From positions 1 through 33,453 of the forward strand of contig CAZWJJ010000002.1 of NCBI GenBank assembly GCA_964634555.1: a DNA stretch of 33,453 bases, in the 5' to 3' direction. Position 1 is the stretch's first letter; each line of letters begins with the position of its first letter. Both the position numbers and the translations under genes were made by a program. The DNA comes from an uncultured Candidatus Saccharibacteria bacterium. GTDB taxonomy: Bacteria > Patescibacteriota > Minisyncoccia > Phycocordibacterales > UBA12445. The notes beneath the pieces were generated by a model that saw only the letters and a program-made list of their open reading frames with translations, ran no database searches and had not been told where the DNA came from. Shown here piece by piece: positions 18,693 through 25,900 of this stretch.

Positions 18693-18767
18693 TACAACTT
18701 TGCTACGTTGATATTTAATGATATTATCGGGATCAGAAACGGTTCGTTGACTGATGGGAGGTTCTAA

Positions 18768-18959
18768 ATGTTTGGCCCGGCTATAGTTTTAATCAGTTTA
18801 CTTATCGCTTTTGTTATAGAGATCTATTTGTACTATCTGGGTGAATCTGAACATGTTCGAATGATCGTCAGACTTTCTATGCTTAATGGTCTATTTTTTG
18901 GTATTGGAGTTCTAATGATCTGGCTCGATTATTTCCGCAAATATTTAAAGGAGGATTAA
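18768..18959 (+). CDS. Small two-TM membrane protein (63 aa)
   Basis: GGGAGG 6 nt before the ATG. Two hydrophobic helices. Followed 3 nt later by the next ORF. Confidence 0.5.
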   Translation: MFGPAIVLISLLIAFVIEIYLYYLGESEHVRMIVRLSMLNGLFFGIGVLMIWLDYFRKYLKED

Positions 18960-18962
18960 AAT

Positions 18963-19166
18963 ATGGATGAATCGCGAATCCGTAAGGTGTGGGTCGCCAA
19001 CTGCCCAGTCTGTAATTGCCTCATGGAAATATCTGGTGGAGAAAAAACCGTTCGCGATATCGAAATTCTTGAGCCGGAAATAACTTGTCCACATTGCCAT
19101 AATCGCTTTACTGTTTTTGAAGGCAGATTAGATAAATTGAATGAATTTAAAAATCCCGTGGCTTAA
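18963..19166 (+). CDS. Small zinc-ribbon protein (67 aa)
   Basis: GGAGG 8 nt before the ATG. CPVCNC ... CPHCHN forms a four-Cys ribbon. Confidence 0.55.
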   Translation: MDESRIRKVWVANCPVCNCLMEISGGEKTVRDIEILEPEITCPHCHNRFTVFEGRLDKLNEFKNPVA

Positions 19167-19177
19167 AAATTGCAATG

Positions 19178-19206
19178 ACCCGACTTGATACTATGTCGGG
19201 TTTTTT
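19178..19206. terminator. Terminator hairpin shared by convergent genes; overlaps the truB-like stop
   Basis: cccgac (19179-19184) pairs with gtcggg (19195-19200), followed by a T6 run (19201-19206). Confidence 0.7.
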
Positions 19207-19955
19207 AATTCAAATTTATCTATTTTGGTCCTCTTGATTTTTAGTGCAATAGCTTTTGAACCCGTCAATTTACCTAGTTCATGTGCAATGGAACGCATAT
19301 AGGCGCCACTCGAACAATTTATGCGCAACCTTACAACCTCGAAGTCTTTTGGCGCTGAATCGTTAAAAAAATTTCGCCACTTTTGTTTTATTGCCTCTTG
19401 CCTGAAATCACCGGCAACTAGATCAATAGATTTGTAAATATAGTTTTCAAAATCTCGTTTATTGATTTTATAATTGTCTAAAAAAACAATGGAGTAAATT
19501 TCAGCATTTTGAGTCGGAATTTTTATCTTATCGAGCTGGCCCTTCTTGGCCCATTCAAAAAGCGGTACGCCATCGACAGGTTTTGATGAGTATGGAGGAT
19601 AGGGGAGTTTTATTTTGCCTTTAAAATTTTTTATCGTTTCAATAAGTAGATTGTGATTATTTGCGATGTTAAATTTGCCGCTAAATTTTGAAAGCATCCC
19701 CAAAATATCATAACTGTCTGTTTCAACACCAAAAAGAACATCGATTTCATACTCCTTGTCTAATCCAAGATATTTTGCGCGGTCTTTATTTTCATCTCCG
19801 ACTAGTACAAGCAATAATCCTTCTGCCATTGGGTCGAGTCGGCCGGCATAACTAAGCTTGGTATCGACAAGTTCTGGCTGATCGCATCTAAGTTGGTCCA
19901 GTGCTTGGAGGGGCGTTTGGCCTACCGGTTTATTGATCAAAAAAATTTTCCGCAT
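19191..19955 (-). CDS. truB: tRNA pseudouridine synthase, TruB-like
   Basis: 254 aa. INKPVGQTPLQ...YAGRLDPMAEGLLLVLVG (catalytic Asp context) and KEYEIDVLFGVETDSYDILG resemble TruB blocks. Divergent. Confidence 0.7.
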   Translation of the reverse strand: MRKIFLINKPVGQTPLQALDQLRCDQPELVDTKLSYAGRLDPMAEGLLLVLVGDENKDRAKYLGLDKEYEIDVLFGVETDSYDILGMLSKFSGKFNIANNHNLLIETIKNFKGKIKLPYPPYSSKPVDGVPLFEWAKKGQLDKIKIPTQNAEIYSIVFLDNYKINKRDFENYIYKSIDLVAGDFRQEAIKQKWRNFFNDSAPKDFEVVRLRINCSSGAYMRSIAHELGKLTGSKAIALKIKRTKIDKFELKNPT

Positions 19956-20011
19956 CGTGTCATTCTTAATTATTCTGTTACTTTTGGCAATGTGGTAATA
20001 TTATAAATGCT

Positions 20012-20995
20012 ATGCTCACAAGAGTTGCGGTTTTAAGAGGTGGACCGAGTTCCGAATATGATGTGTCTCTAAAAACAGGGGCTGGGGTTTTGTCTGCGCT
20101 TGCATTACCTATCGATGGACAAGGAGTTAAGTATAAAACAAAAGATATTTTGATTACAAAAGATGGTATGTGGCATATGGATGGTCTTCCGACAACACCT
20201 GAAGGGGTAAGTAGAAATGCTGATGTCGCCTTTATTGCCCTACATGGTGAGTATGGTGAAGATGGACAAGTTCAGAGAATACTTGATAAGTTTAAAATTC
20301 CTTATACCGGATCAGAACCATGGCCGTCATCGGTCGCTCTTAATAAAGCTCTTACCAAAGATCATTTCAAAAAGAACGGCATTCGCACGCCTCATGGATT
20401 GTTGGTTAAGAAGAGTGATGATATTGAGGTAGTAACAGCTAAAATTTTTACCAAAATTTCTCCCCCATGGTTTATTAAGCCTAATAATGGCGGATCATCG
20501 ATAGGCGCTGGTTTGTGCAAAAATAGAGAACAATTAACTTTCGCTCTCAAAGAGGCATTTAAATTTTCAGATCATGTATTGGTTGAAGAGGCAATAAGCG
20601 GTAGGGAGGCCACATGCGGTGTGATCGATGATTTTCGGGATAAAAAATATTATCCGCTTTTTCCCATTGAGATTATCAAGCCCAAAGTTCGCGATTTTTT
20701 CGATTACGAATCAAAATATGACGGTTCTACGCAAGAAATTTGCCCGGGTAATTTTACACAGCAAGAGAAAGAGATCATGCAAAACGCAGCTGTAAAGATT
20801 CATAAGTCTTTGGGTTTGAGACATTACTCACGCGCTGATTTTATTGTTTCGCCGCGCGGAATTTACGCACTGGAAGTAAACACTTTGCCGGGATTAACTT
20901 CTGAATCATTATTCCCTAAAGCTATGGCAGCGGTTGGATGCAGTTATGGCGGGTTTTTAGATCATCTTATTTCTCTAACTTTAAGAAAAAAGTAA
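20012..20995 (+). CDS. ddl: D-alanine--D-alanine ligase
   Basis: 327 aa. VAVLRGGPSSEYDVSLKTG, IALHGEYGEDGQVQ, and ATP-grasp motifs SRADFIV and LEVNTLPGLT. Confidence 0.92.
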   Translation: MLTRVAVLRGGPSSEYDVSLKTGAGVLSALALPIDGQGVKYKTKDILITKDGMWHMDGLPTTPEGVSRNADVAFIALHGEYGEDGQVQRILDKFKIPYTGSEPWPSSVALNKALTKDHFKKNGIRTPHGLLVKKSDDIEVVTAKIFTKISPPWFIKPNNGGSSIGAGLCKNREQLTFALKEAFKFSDHVLVEEAISGREATCGVIDDFRDKKYYPLFPIEIIKPKVRDFFDYESKYDGSTQEICPGNFTQQEKEIMQNAAVKIHKSLGLRHYSRADFIVSPRGIYALEVNTLPGLTSESLFPKAMAAVGCSYGGFLDHLISLTLRKK

Positions 20996-21001
20996 AATTA
21001 A

Positions 21002-21020
21002 AAGCCCCTTTAAGGGGCTT
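21002..21020. terminator. Hairpin between convergent ddl and the small minus-strand ORF
   Basis: aagcccc (21002-21008) pairs with ggggctt (21014-21020). The T-rich tract is on the minus-strand side, so it is the better terminator for the minus-strand gene. Confidence 0.6.
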
Positions 21021-21025
21021 GCGGC

Positions 21026-21337
21026 TTACAATAGTTCACCGACAGGGTTTTCTTCGTGCTCTGAAGGCTGCGGATCTTCATAACCTAATTCTTGAGTAAT
21101 TCTATAGGTGTTCTCGCAAATCTCCTCTATATTTTTAGTTTTTAATGTTAGAGGCTTAAATTTAGGTTCGAAAGTTATACCTATGTTAAATATGCCCTGT
21201 TGACCCTGAGGTATCGGTAAAAATTTAATTAAAACTCTATCGCTAAAATCAGTTTCCTTTCCGTCGGGATATTGGCCGGTAACACTCAATATTATATTTG
21301 GATTAATGGCGAATTCTATCGTCATGATGACTATCAT
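21026..21337 (-). CDS. Hypothetical protein (103 aa from ATG 21337; the track ORF begins at TTG 21364)
   Basis: The minus strand reads AAGGAGGAGAAG-ATG, so ATG 21337 has a canonical SD with 5-nt spacing. Lies about 50 nt downstream of priA. No recognisable motif. Confidence 0.55.
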   Translation of the reverse strand: MIVIMTIEFAINPNIILSVTGQYPDGKETDFSDRVLIKFLPIPQGQQGIFNIGITFEPKFKPLTLKTKNIEEICENTYRITQELGYEDPQPSEHEENPVGELL

Positions 21338-21387
21338 CTTCTCCTCCTTGAATGTTTTTATCAACGATCAAATCTCTCCAAAGGTTA

Positions 21388-23331
21388 CTACAAAATATTC
21401 TCAGCATCAATCTTGACCAAAAATCTTTTTGGCAGGGACATTAAGATCTCAAGCAGATTAGAATAAGGATGCTCCTCGCTTCTGGTGAGAGAATCAGAGT
21501 TCAATGGCGGCCACCTTTCCGGATCGATTTTTAATAGAATATTCACCCGTTCCTTGTTGTTTATTTTTTCTATAAAAGCATTGAATTTGTCCGGTTGATA
21601 GTTGTGCAAAAATCTTTCTAACTGCAACATCTCTTTATTGGTAGTATTGGCTGGTCCCTCGGCGGTTATTTTTATTAATATTTTAAACGGAGGATAAGAA
21701 AATCTTTTTCTTTCACGTATCTCTTCACGATAAAATTCAAGAAGATCGCCGTTAATAACATGGGTAAAGACCCGCTCATCTGGCTTGCGCGTCTGGATCA
21801 AAAATCTTTTAAGCGTTTTGATCCTTAATCTCATCAATAGATTGAATACATTTTCGTTTATCCGAAAATCAGGAATGGAAAAAAGCGTATCGACGGATAT
21901 AACTGCGACTGTATCAATCTCTTCGTTGAGATAGTTTAAAACCATTTCCGTCCCCACAAGAATTGCTCCCGGTGTTTTCAAAAAATCATTAACGATTGAT
22001 CTGGCTTGCTTGTAATTCTTTGCAATATTACTATCTATCCTAAATATCTTAATTGCGGGAAAAACTGTCCGAATTTCTTCTTCAACTCTTTCGGTTGCAA
22101 TTCCAAGAACTTTTAATTTCCAACTCGAACATTTGAGGCACTTGACATCTGTGGATGATCTCGCGCCACACTTATTGCAGTAAAAAACATTTTCACCTCG
22201 AATAGAAGAGTAGAGGAGCATTGGTAAACTACAATTATCACAGATAATTATTTCACCACAGTCTGAACAAACTGTAGAAGTCCCCAATCCTTTTCTTGTG
22301 CAAATCAGAAGTGAATGTTCACGTTTTTCAAAAGCCTCCAAAATCGCCCTTTTAACTTTCGGGCTCAAAATGGGATCATCGCCCTTAGATTTGCGCATAT
22401 CTATTACCTCCTGATAAATATTTTTGGAAAATCTATACTTAAGCGGAGACTCTTGAATAAAGCCTCCGGTTTCGGAATTGTAAATATCTTCGATTCGCGT
22501 GATAGAATCGCCAAGAATTAGGCGCGCCGGCCTTTTTTTTGCTAGAATCTCCGCAAATTTCCTCAAATCTAAAAATGGTCTCGACATAGTTTTATAAAAC
22601 TGCGAATTTTCTTTATCAATGATGATTGTGCCGACATCTCCACGTGGTAATGACAAAAAGATAGGTGTTGAAACTATTAAAATCGGATGATTTTCCGACA
22701 AGGCATTATTCCATCTTTCGGAGATAATTTTTGCCGATAGACGACTATGCATGATGACTGTATAACCTTCGATTCCGCGTTTAAGAATTTCACCATACTC
22801 TTCAACATCATGGATCGTTGGCAGGATAAATACCACAGAATGTTTGCGTGCAAACTCTTCCCTTATTAGGCTTTTATAAAATGAATAACGGTCCTCGTTT
22901 AACATGCCAAGAACTGAAACTTCAAAGCGGCGATTTTTTACTTCTCCAAACTCTAATTTATCCTTTTTGCCAAAATGATGACTCTCCCAATCCGCAAGGA
23001 TCGTTCGCGGAGTAAGTAGGCGAATTATTTGGCCGGATGATGAGGCGAAATATTTGGCCGCTTCCGCAGAAGCATCAACAAAATCCTGAAGATAGGTTTT
23101 TTGATGCAGAATTTTTTTGATTTTTTTAAATCCGAATTCAGAAATCTTGATCTCCGATTTTAGGGTATCGGCCGGTCTGACTGAAGTTACAATACCAAGA
23201 GTATCTTTGTTTCTGATTGAAATAACGACCATATTGCCGGTCGAAATTTCTTTTGTTGTAAAGTAGGTTAAATCCTCATTCAATAGGGTCTTACTAATGG
23301 GAGCAACCGTAACAATTTGAACATTTTCCAC
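21388..23331 (-). CDS. priA: Primosomal protein N' (PriA) homologue with degenerate helicase motifs
   Basis: 647 aa. PriA-type Cys-rich zinc region (CSDCGEIIICDNCSLPMLLY...YCNKCGARS...CLKCSS). The overall block order matches PriA. The Walker A position reads VLGMLNEDRY and the DEEH position reads IIIDKEN. Confidence 0.8.
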   Translation of the reverse strand: MENVQIVTVAPISKTLLNEDLTYFTTKEISTGNMVVISIRNKDTLGIVTSVRPADTLKSEIKISEFGFKKIKKILHQKTYLQDFVDASAEAAKYFASSSGQIIRLLTPRTILADWESHHFGKKDKLEFGEVKNRRFEVSVLGMLNEDRYSFYKSLIREEFARKHSVVFILPTIHDVEEYGEILKRGIEGYTVIMHSRLSAKIISERWNNALSENHPILIVSTPIFLSLPRGDVGTIIIDKENSQFYKTMSRPFLDLRKFAEILAKKRPARLILGDSITRIEDIYNSETGGFIQESPLKYRFSKNIYQEVIDMRKSKGDDPILSPKVKRAILEAFEKREHSLLICTRKGLGTSTVCSDCGEIIICDNCSLPMLLYSSIRGENVFYCNKCGARSSTDVKCLKCSSWKLKVLGIATERVEEEIRTVFPAIKIFRIDSNIAKNYKQARSIVNDFLKTPGAILVGTEMVLNYLNEEIDTVAVISVDTLFSIPDFRINENVFNLLMRLRIKTLKRFLIQTRKPDERVFTHVINGDLLEFYREEIRERKRFSYPPFKILIKITAEGPANTTNKEMLQLERFLHNYQPDKFNAFIEKINNKERVNILLKIDPERWPPLNSDSLTRSEEHPYSNLLEILMSLPKRFLVKIDAENIL

Positions 23332-23895
23332 TCCTAAAGAGTATCATCAAGCAGACTTATTCTGCTCTTGCTACATTATTAACTTAGTGTTACTCTTTGG
23401 CAATGAAAAAAGCGTGGCTGATATAAAAAAGATCAAGGTGTTCGTAGCAACATACACGAATGAGGGGCTTAAGTTTCAAATGGTTTTAGGCCCTCTGAAA
23501 TTTGAACCGAGCAAGAGGGGGACGTCCGACAGCCACGATCTAGACCAATACCGCCCGATTTGCCAGTTATTTGCCCCGGTGGCGAGCTTTGTCCCGAGGA
23601 TCGACACTCTTTTTCCCCATCTTGTGTCTTGACCAAGCCGTTTGAACAAATTTGAACCCTTGGCGTGATTCGCTTAACTTAAGCAAATATGACCGGTCAT
23701 TCCTCCGGAGGAAATTCCTCTTTGACTCTTTCCCGAAGATCATGCGTGTTCCCATGACTAAGCAATCCCAAATAAGAAGCCACTGACGACTTGCTTTGTT
23801 TCCGTCTTAAATTCCGAAACATTCTCTTTTTTGTTGACTTACATGCGAATTCCCATCTCCTTTATTAAAAAATGAATTTTTGCTAAAGTAAGGTC
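23332..23895. other. 564-nt GC-enriched non-coding spacer with multiple palindromes and CTTG/TTTGA short repeats
   Basis: Only two mutually overlapping, unconvincing ORFs lie here (23387-23632 plus strand, 23567-23755 minus strand). Palindromes gcttaacttaagc (23672-23684), gaccggtc (23691-23698) and ttcctccggaggaa (23700-23713). It is the longest intergenic gap in the window. Confidence 0.5.
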
Positions 23896-25740
23896 ATGGA
23901 AAAGCATCCGTTACACCTCAAAAACCCAGAATTGCAGACCTCCCCGGAGGTCAATCGAGCCGTCGAGCGGCAGGAGGATCGCACGGGCGAAAAAGTTCCA
24001 AATGACCCGGCCGAACGCATAGAGGCTTACATGGATCGTCTCGAGAACATCTTTCTCAATCCGGACGAACGTAAGCGCGAGCGTAACCTCGAAATGTTCC
24101 GGAACAAGATATATGATGCGCTTATTATAAAAAAGGAGAATTTTCCGGACAGCTACTTTGAACTCCAAAAACGCATAGCGCGAGAACGCGGACAAGCCGT
24201 CGAGGAAATTCCGGAAAACGTCCGCGAACAGATGATGGATGTCGCCATCGAAGATCAGAAAGCGTCCCTTGACGCATGGATGGATTATCTTACTTCAGAC
24301 GATGCCGTATATCCGGCGTGGTTCAAATATTTCGTTTGGAGAAACGTCACCAAACTTTCCCAATTCGACAAAGAACGCGGCGAATTCAAAAAACGCACCG
24401 ACAGCACGGTCGCTCCGTATCCGGATATATACCGCGAACCGCTGGCGCAGATCGCCGACATTTACGAAAAAGTAAAAGCGGACAATAAGAATCTCAAAGA
24501 GCCCGAAATCAGAGAAGTTTTCTCGAAGAAATTTCCCAATCTGTATGCCGAACTTATTTCAAAATCTCTGGCCGCTTCGATGGAGAACCGCGAAGAAATT
24601 CGCGGCGAATGGATAAAATATGAACAGGGGAGAGACGGCGATGCGGAGAGACTTTTTCAGTCGCTTGAGGGCAAAGGCACCGGTTGGTGCACGGCCGGAT
24701 ATTCGACGGCGCAAACGCAAATAGAGAGCGGTGACTTTTATGTGTATTACACCAATGATTCCAGCGGTGCGCCCACTCAACCGCGCCTTGCCATTCGCAT
24801 GGACGGAAACAGCAGGATCGGTGAAGTGAGGGGCATTTTGCCGCATCAAGGCGTGGAGCCGGTCATGCAGGAAGCTCTTGACAGCAAGCTTTCGGAATTC
24901 GGAGCGGAAGCCGACGCTTATCGCAAGAAAAGCGAAGACATGCGAATGCTCACCGCTCTTGAGAAAAAACGCGAGAGCGACGAAGCCTTCACCAAGGATG
25001 ATCTTATTTTGCTGTACGAAATAAATGGAACTATCGAAGGCTTCGGTTACCAGAAAGACCCGCGTATCGCCGAACTTCGAGAAGGGAGAAATGCCGAGGA
25101 GGACATGCTCGTAATTTTTGAATGCGGGAGAGACGAGATCGCTCACGTCCCAAGCCAAATAAACGAAAACACCAAAGCATACGTCGGTCAGCTCGAACCG
25201 GGCATATTCCAGAGACTGCCGGAGAATCTTGAACATGTGTACACATCATTTCCCGACAAGAAAATTCGCAGGGAGAATGTCGAAATAGGAGGCAAGTCGG
25301 CCGAGCAATTGATATCCGAAATGGAGGCGGCCGGCATCAACATTTCAGACTATGCCCGAAGTATGCTGCTCAACAAAAAGGAATTTATTCCGACGGCCAA
25401 TCCGGAAGACATGACGCTTATTCGTCTTACGGTCGCCGATCTTGGATTCAAAAGCAATGCGACAACTGATCAAATATACGAACGAGCTCAAGCTCTCAGT
25501 TTGGAATTGTGTCCTACCGATACCGGTCCAAACTATCGCTTGAAGTATCGCAACCAACCTTTAAATGAGTGGATTTACATGGGCATGGAGCAAATCACCG
25601 ACTCCGACGGCTACTCGCGCGTGTTCGACCTCGGGCGCGACGGCGACGGTTTGTGGCTGCGCGAGGCTTGGGCGCGTCCCGGCCGCGCGTGGGCTCCGGA
25701 TGACGAGTTCGCGTTCCGTCTCCGCAAGTCTGAATCTTAG
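23896..25740 (+). CDS. Hypothetical protein, GC-rich family member 3 (614 aa; long N-terminal extension plus the shared C-terminal module)
   Basis: Long uninterrupted ORF. 44/60 G+C at 25621-25680. The C-terminus ...GYSRVFDLGRDGDGLWLREAWARPGRAWAPDDEFAFRLRKSES aligns by eye with the two small GC-rich ORFs. The central motif GKGTGWCTAGY contains one of only three Cys residues in the protein. Confidence 0.75.
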   Translation: MEKHPLHLKNPELQTSPEVNRAVERQEDRTGEKVPNDPAERIEAYMDRLENIFLNPDERKRERNLEMFRNKIYDALIIKKENFPDSYFELQKRIARERGQAVEEIPENVREQMMDVAIEDQKASLDAWMDYLTSDDAVYPAWFKYFVWRNVTKLSQFDKERGEFKKRTDSTVAPYPDIYREPLAQIADIYEKVKADNKNLKEPEIREVFSKKFPNLYAELISKSLAASMENREEIRGEWIKYEQGRDGDAERLFQSLEGKGTGWCTAGYSTAQTQIESGDFYVYYTNDSSGAPTQPRLAIRMDGNSRIGEVRGILPHQGVEPVMQEALDSKLSEFGAEADAYRKKSEDMRMLTALEKKRESDEAFTKDDLILLYEINGTIEGFGYQKDPRIAELREGRNAEEDMLVIFECGRDEIAHVPSQINENTKAYVGQLEPGIFQRLPENLEHVYTSFPDKKIRRENVEIGGKSAEQLISEMEAAGINISDYARSMLLNKKEFIPTANPEDMTLIRLTVADLGFKSNATTDQIYERAQALSLELCPTDTGPNYRLKYRNQPLNEWIYMGMEQITDSDGYSRVFDLGRDGDGLWLREAWARPGRAWAPDDEFAFRLRKSES

Positions 25741-25761
25741 ACCTTTTGTTTCTTTATAATT

Positions 25762-25800
25762 CTTGACCCTTTGGCACTTGGACTCTTTGATCCTTTGCAT
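25762..25800 (+). repeat. Five tandem 7-8-nt units, consensus CTTTGRNN
   Basis: The units are cttgacc, ctttggca, cttggact, ctttgatc and ctttgcat, lying back to back. They start 22 nt after the stop of the 614-aa ORF and are followed by the hairpin gcttgc-gga-gcaagc (25803-25817). Confidence 0.7.
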
Positions 25801-25900
25801 TCGCTTGCGGAGCAAGCTCGCGCCAATTTTTAAGAATTTGCATTAAAACAATCAAGGATGGTACTTTTAATTCCGGGGCCACTTAGGCCCGGTGAACGAA

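Noticed and set aside
23320-23345. Possible frameshift or upstream ORF at the priA start: AGGAG overlaps the annotated GTG, and an out-of-frame ATG lies 6 nt after the AGGAG
   Set aside because: The out-of-frame ATG opens only a ~15-codon ORF. The annotated frame gives a PriA-like N-terminus from its first residues. Core genes here generally lack SDs, so the AGGAG may be fortuitous.
23490-23665. tRNA- or tmRNA-like T-loop words (GGTTCAAAT on the minus strand, twice)
   Set aside because: The flanking bases do not form a T stem. No acceptor stem, anticodon arm or CCA-proximal pairing can be built. The words are simply the reverse complement of the TTTGAAC short repeats.
23387-23755. Track ORFs 23387-23632 (plus strand, 81 aa) and 23567-23755 (minus strand, 62 aa) as real genes
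   Set aside because: They overlap each other. They have non-ATG or SD-less starts and sequences with no recognisable fold or motif. The region is better described as non-coding or decayed. Some uncertainty remains.
24559-25236. 225-aa antisense ORF inside the 614-aa gene, and similar long antisense or overlapping ORFs (for example 9158-9760, 4035-4454, 13987-14325 and 2556-2888)
   Set aside because: They lie opposite or out of frame within genes with clear homology or stronger coding signal. Their products are low-complexity, and they lack SDs. Long open antisense frames are expected in GC-rich or codon-biased sequence.
25738-25833. TAG readthrough extension of the 614-aa ORF: 30 further in-frame codons, TFCFFIILDPLALGLFDPLHSLAEQARANF, ending at TAA 25831-25833
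   Set aside because: The open frame is short enough to arise by chance. The underlying sequence is an 8-nt-period repeat plus a hairpin, which is a non-coding signature. The family C-terminus (F.L.K) is already complete before the TAG.
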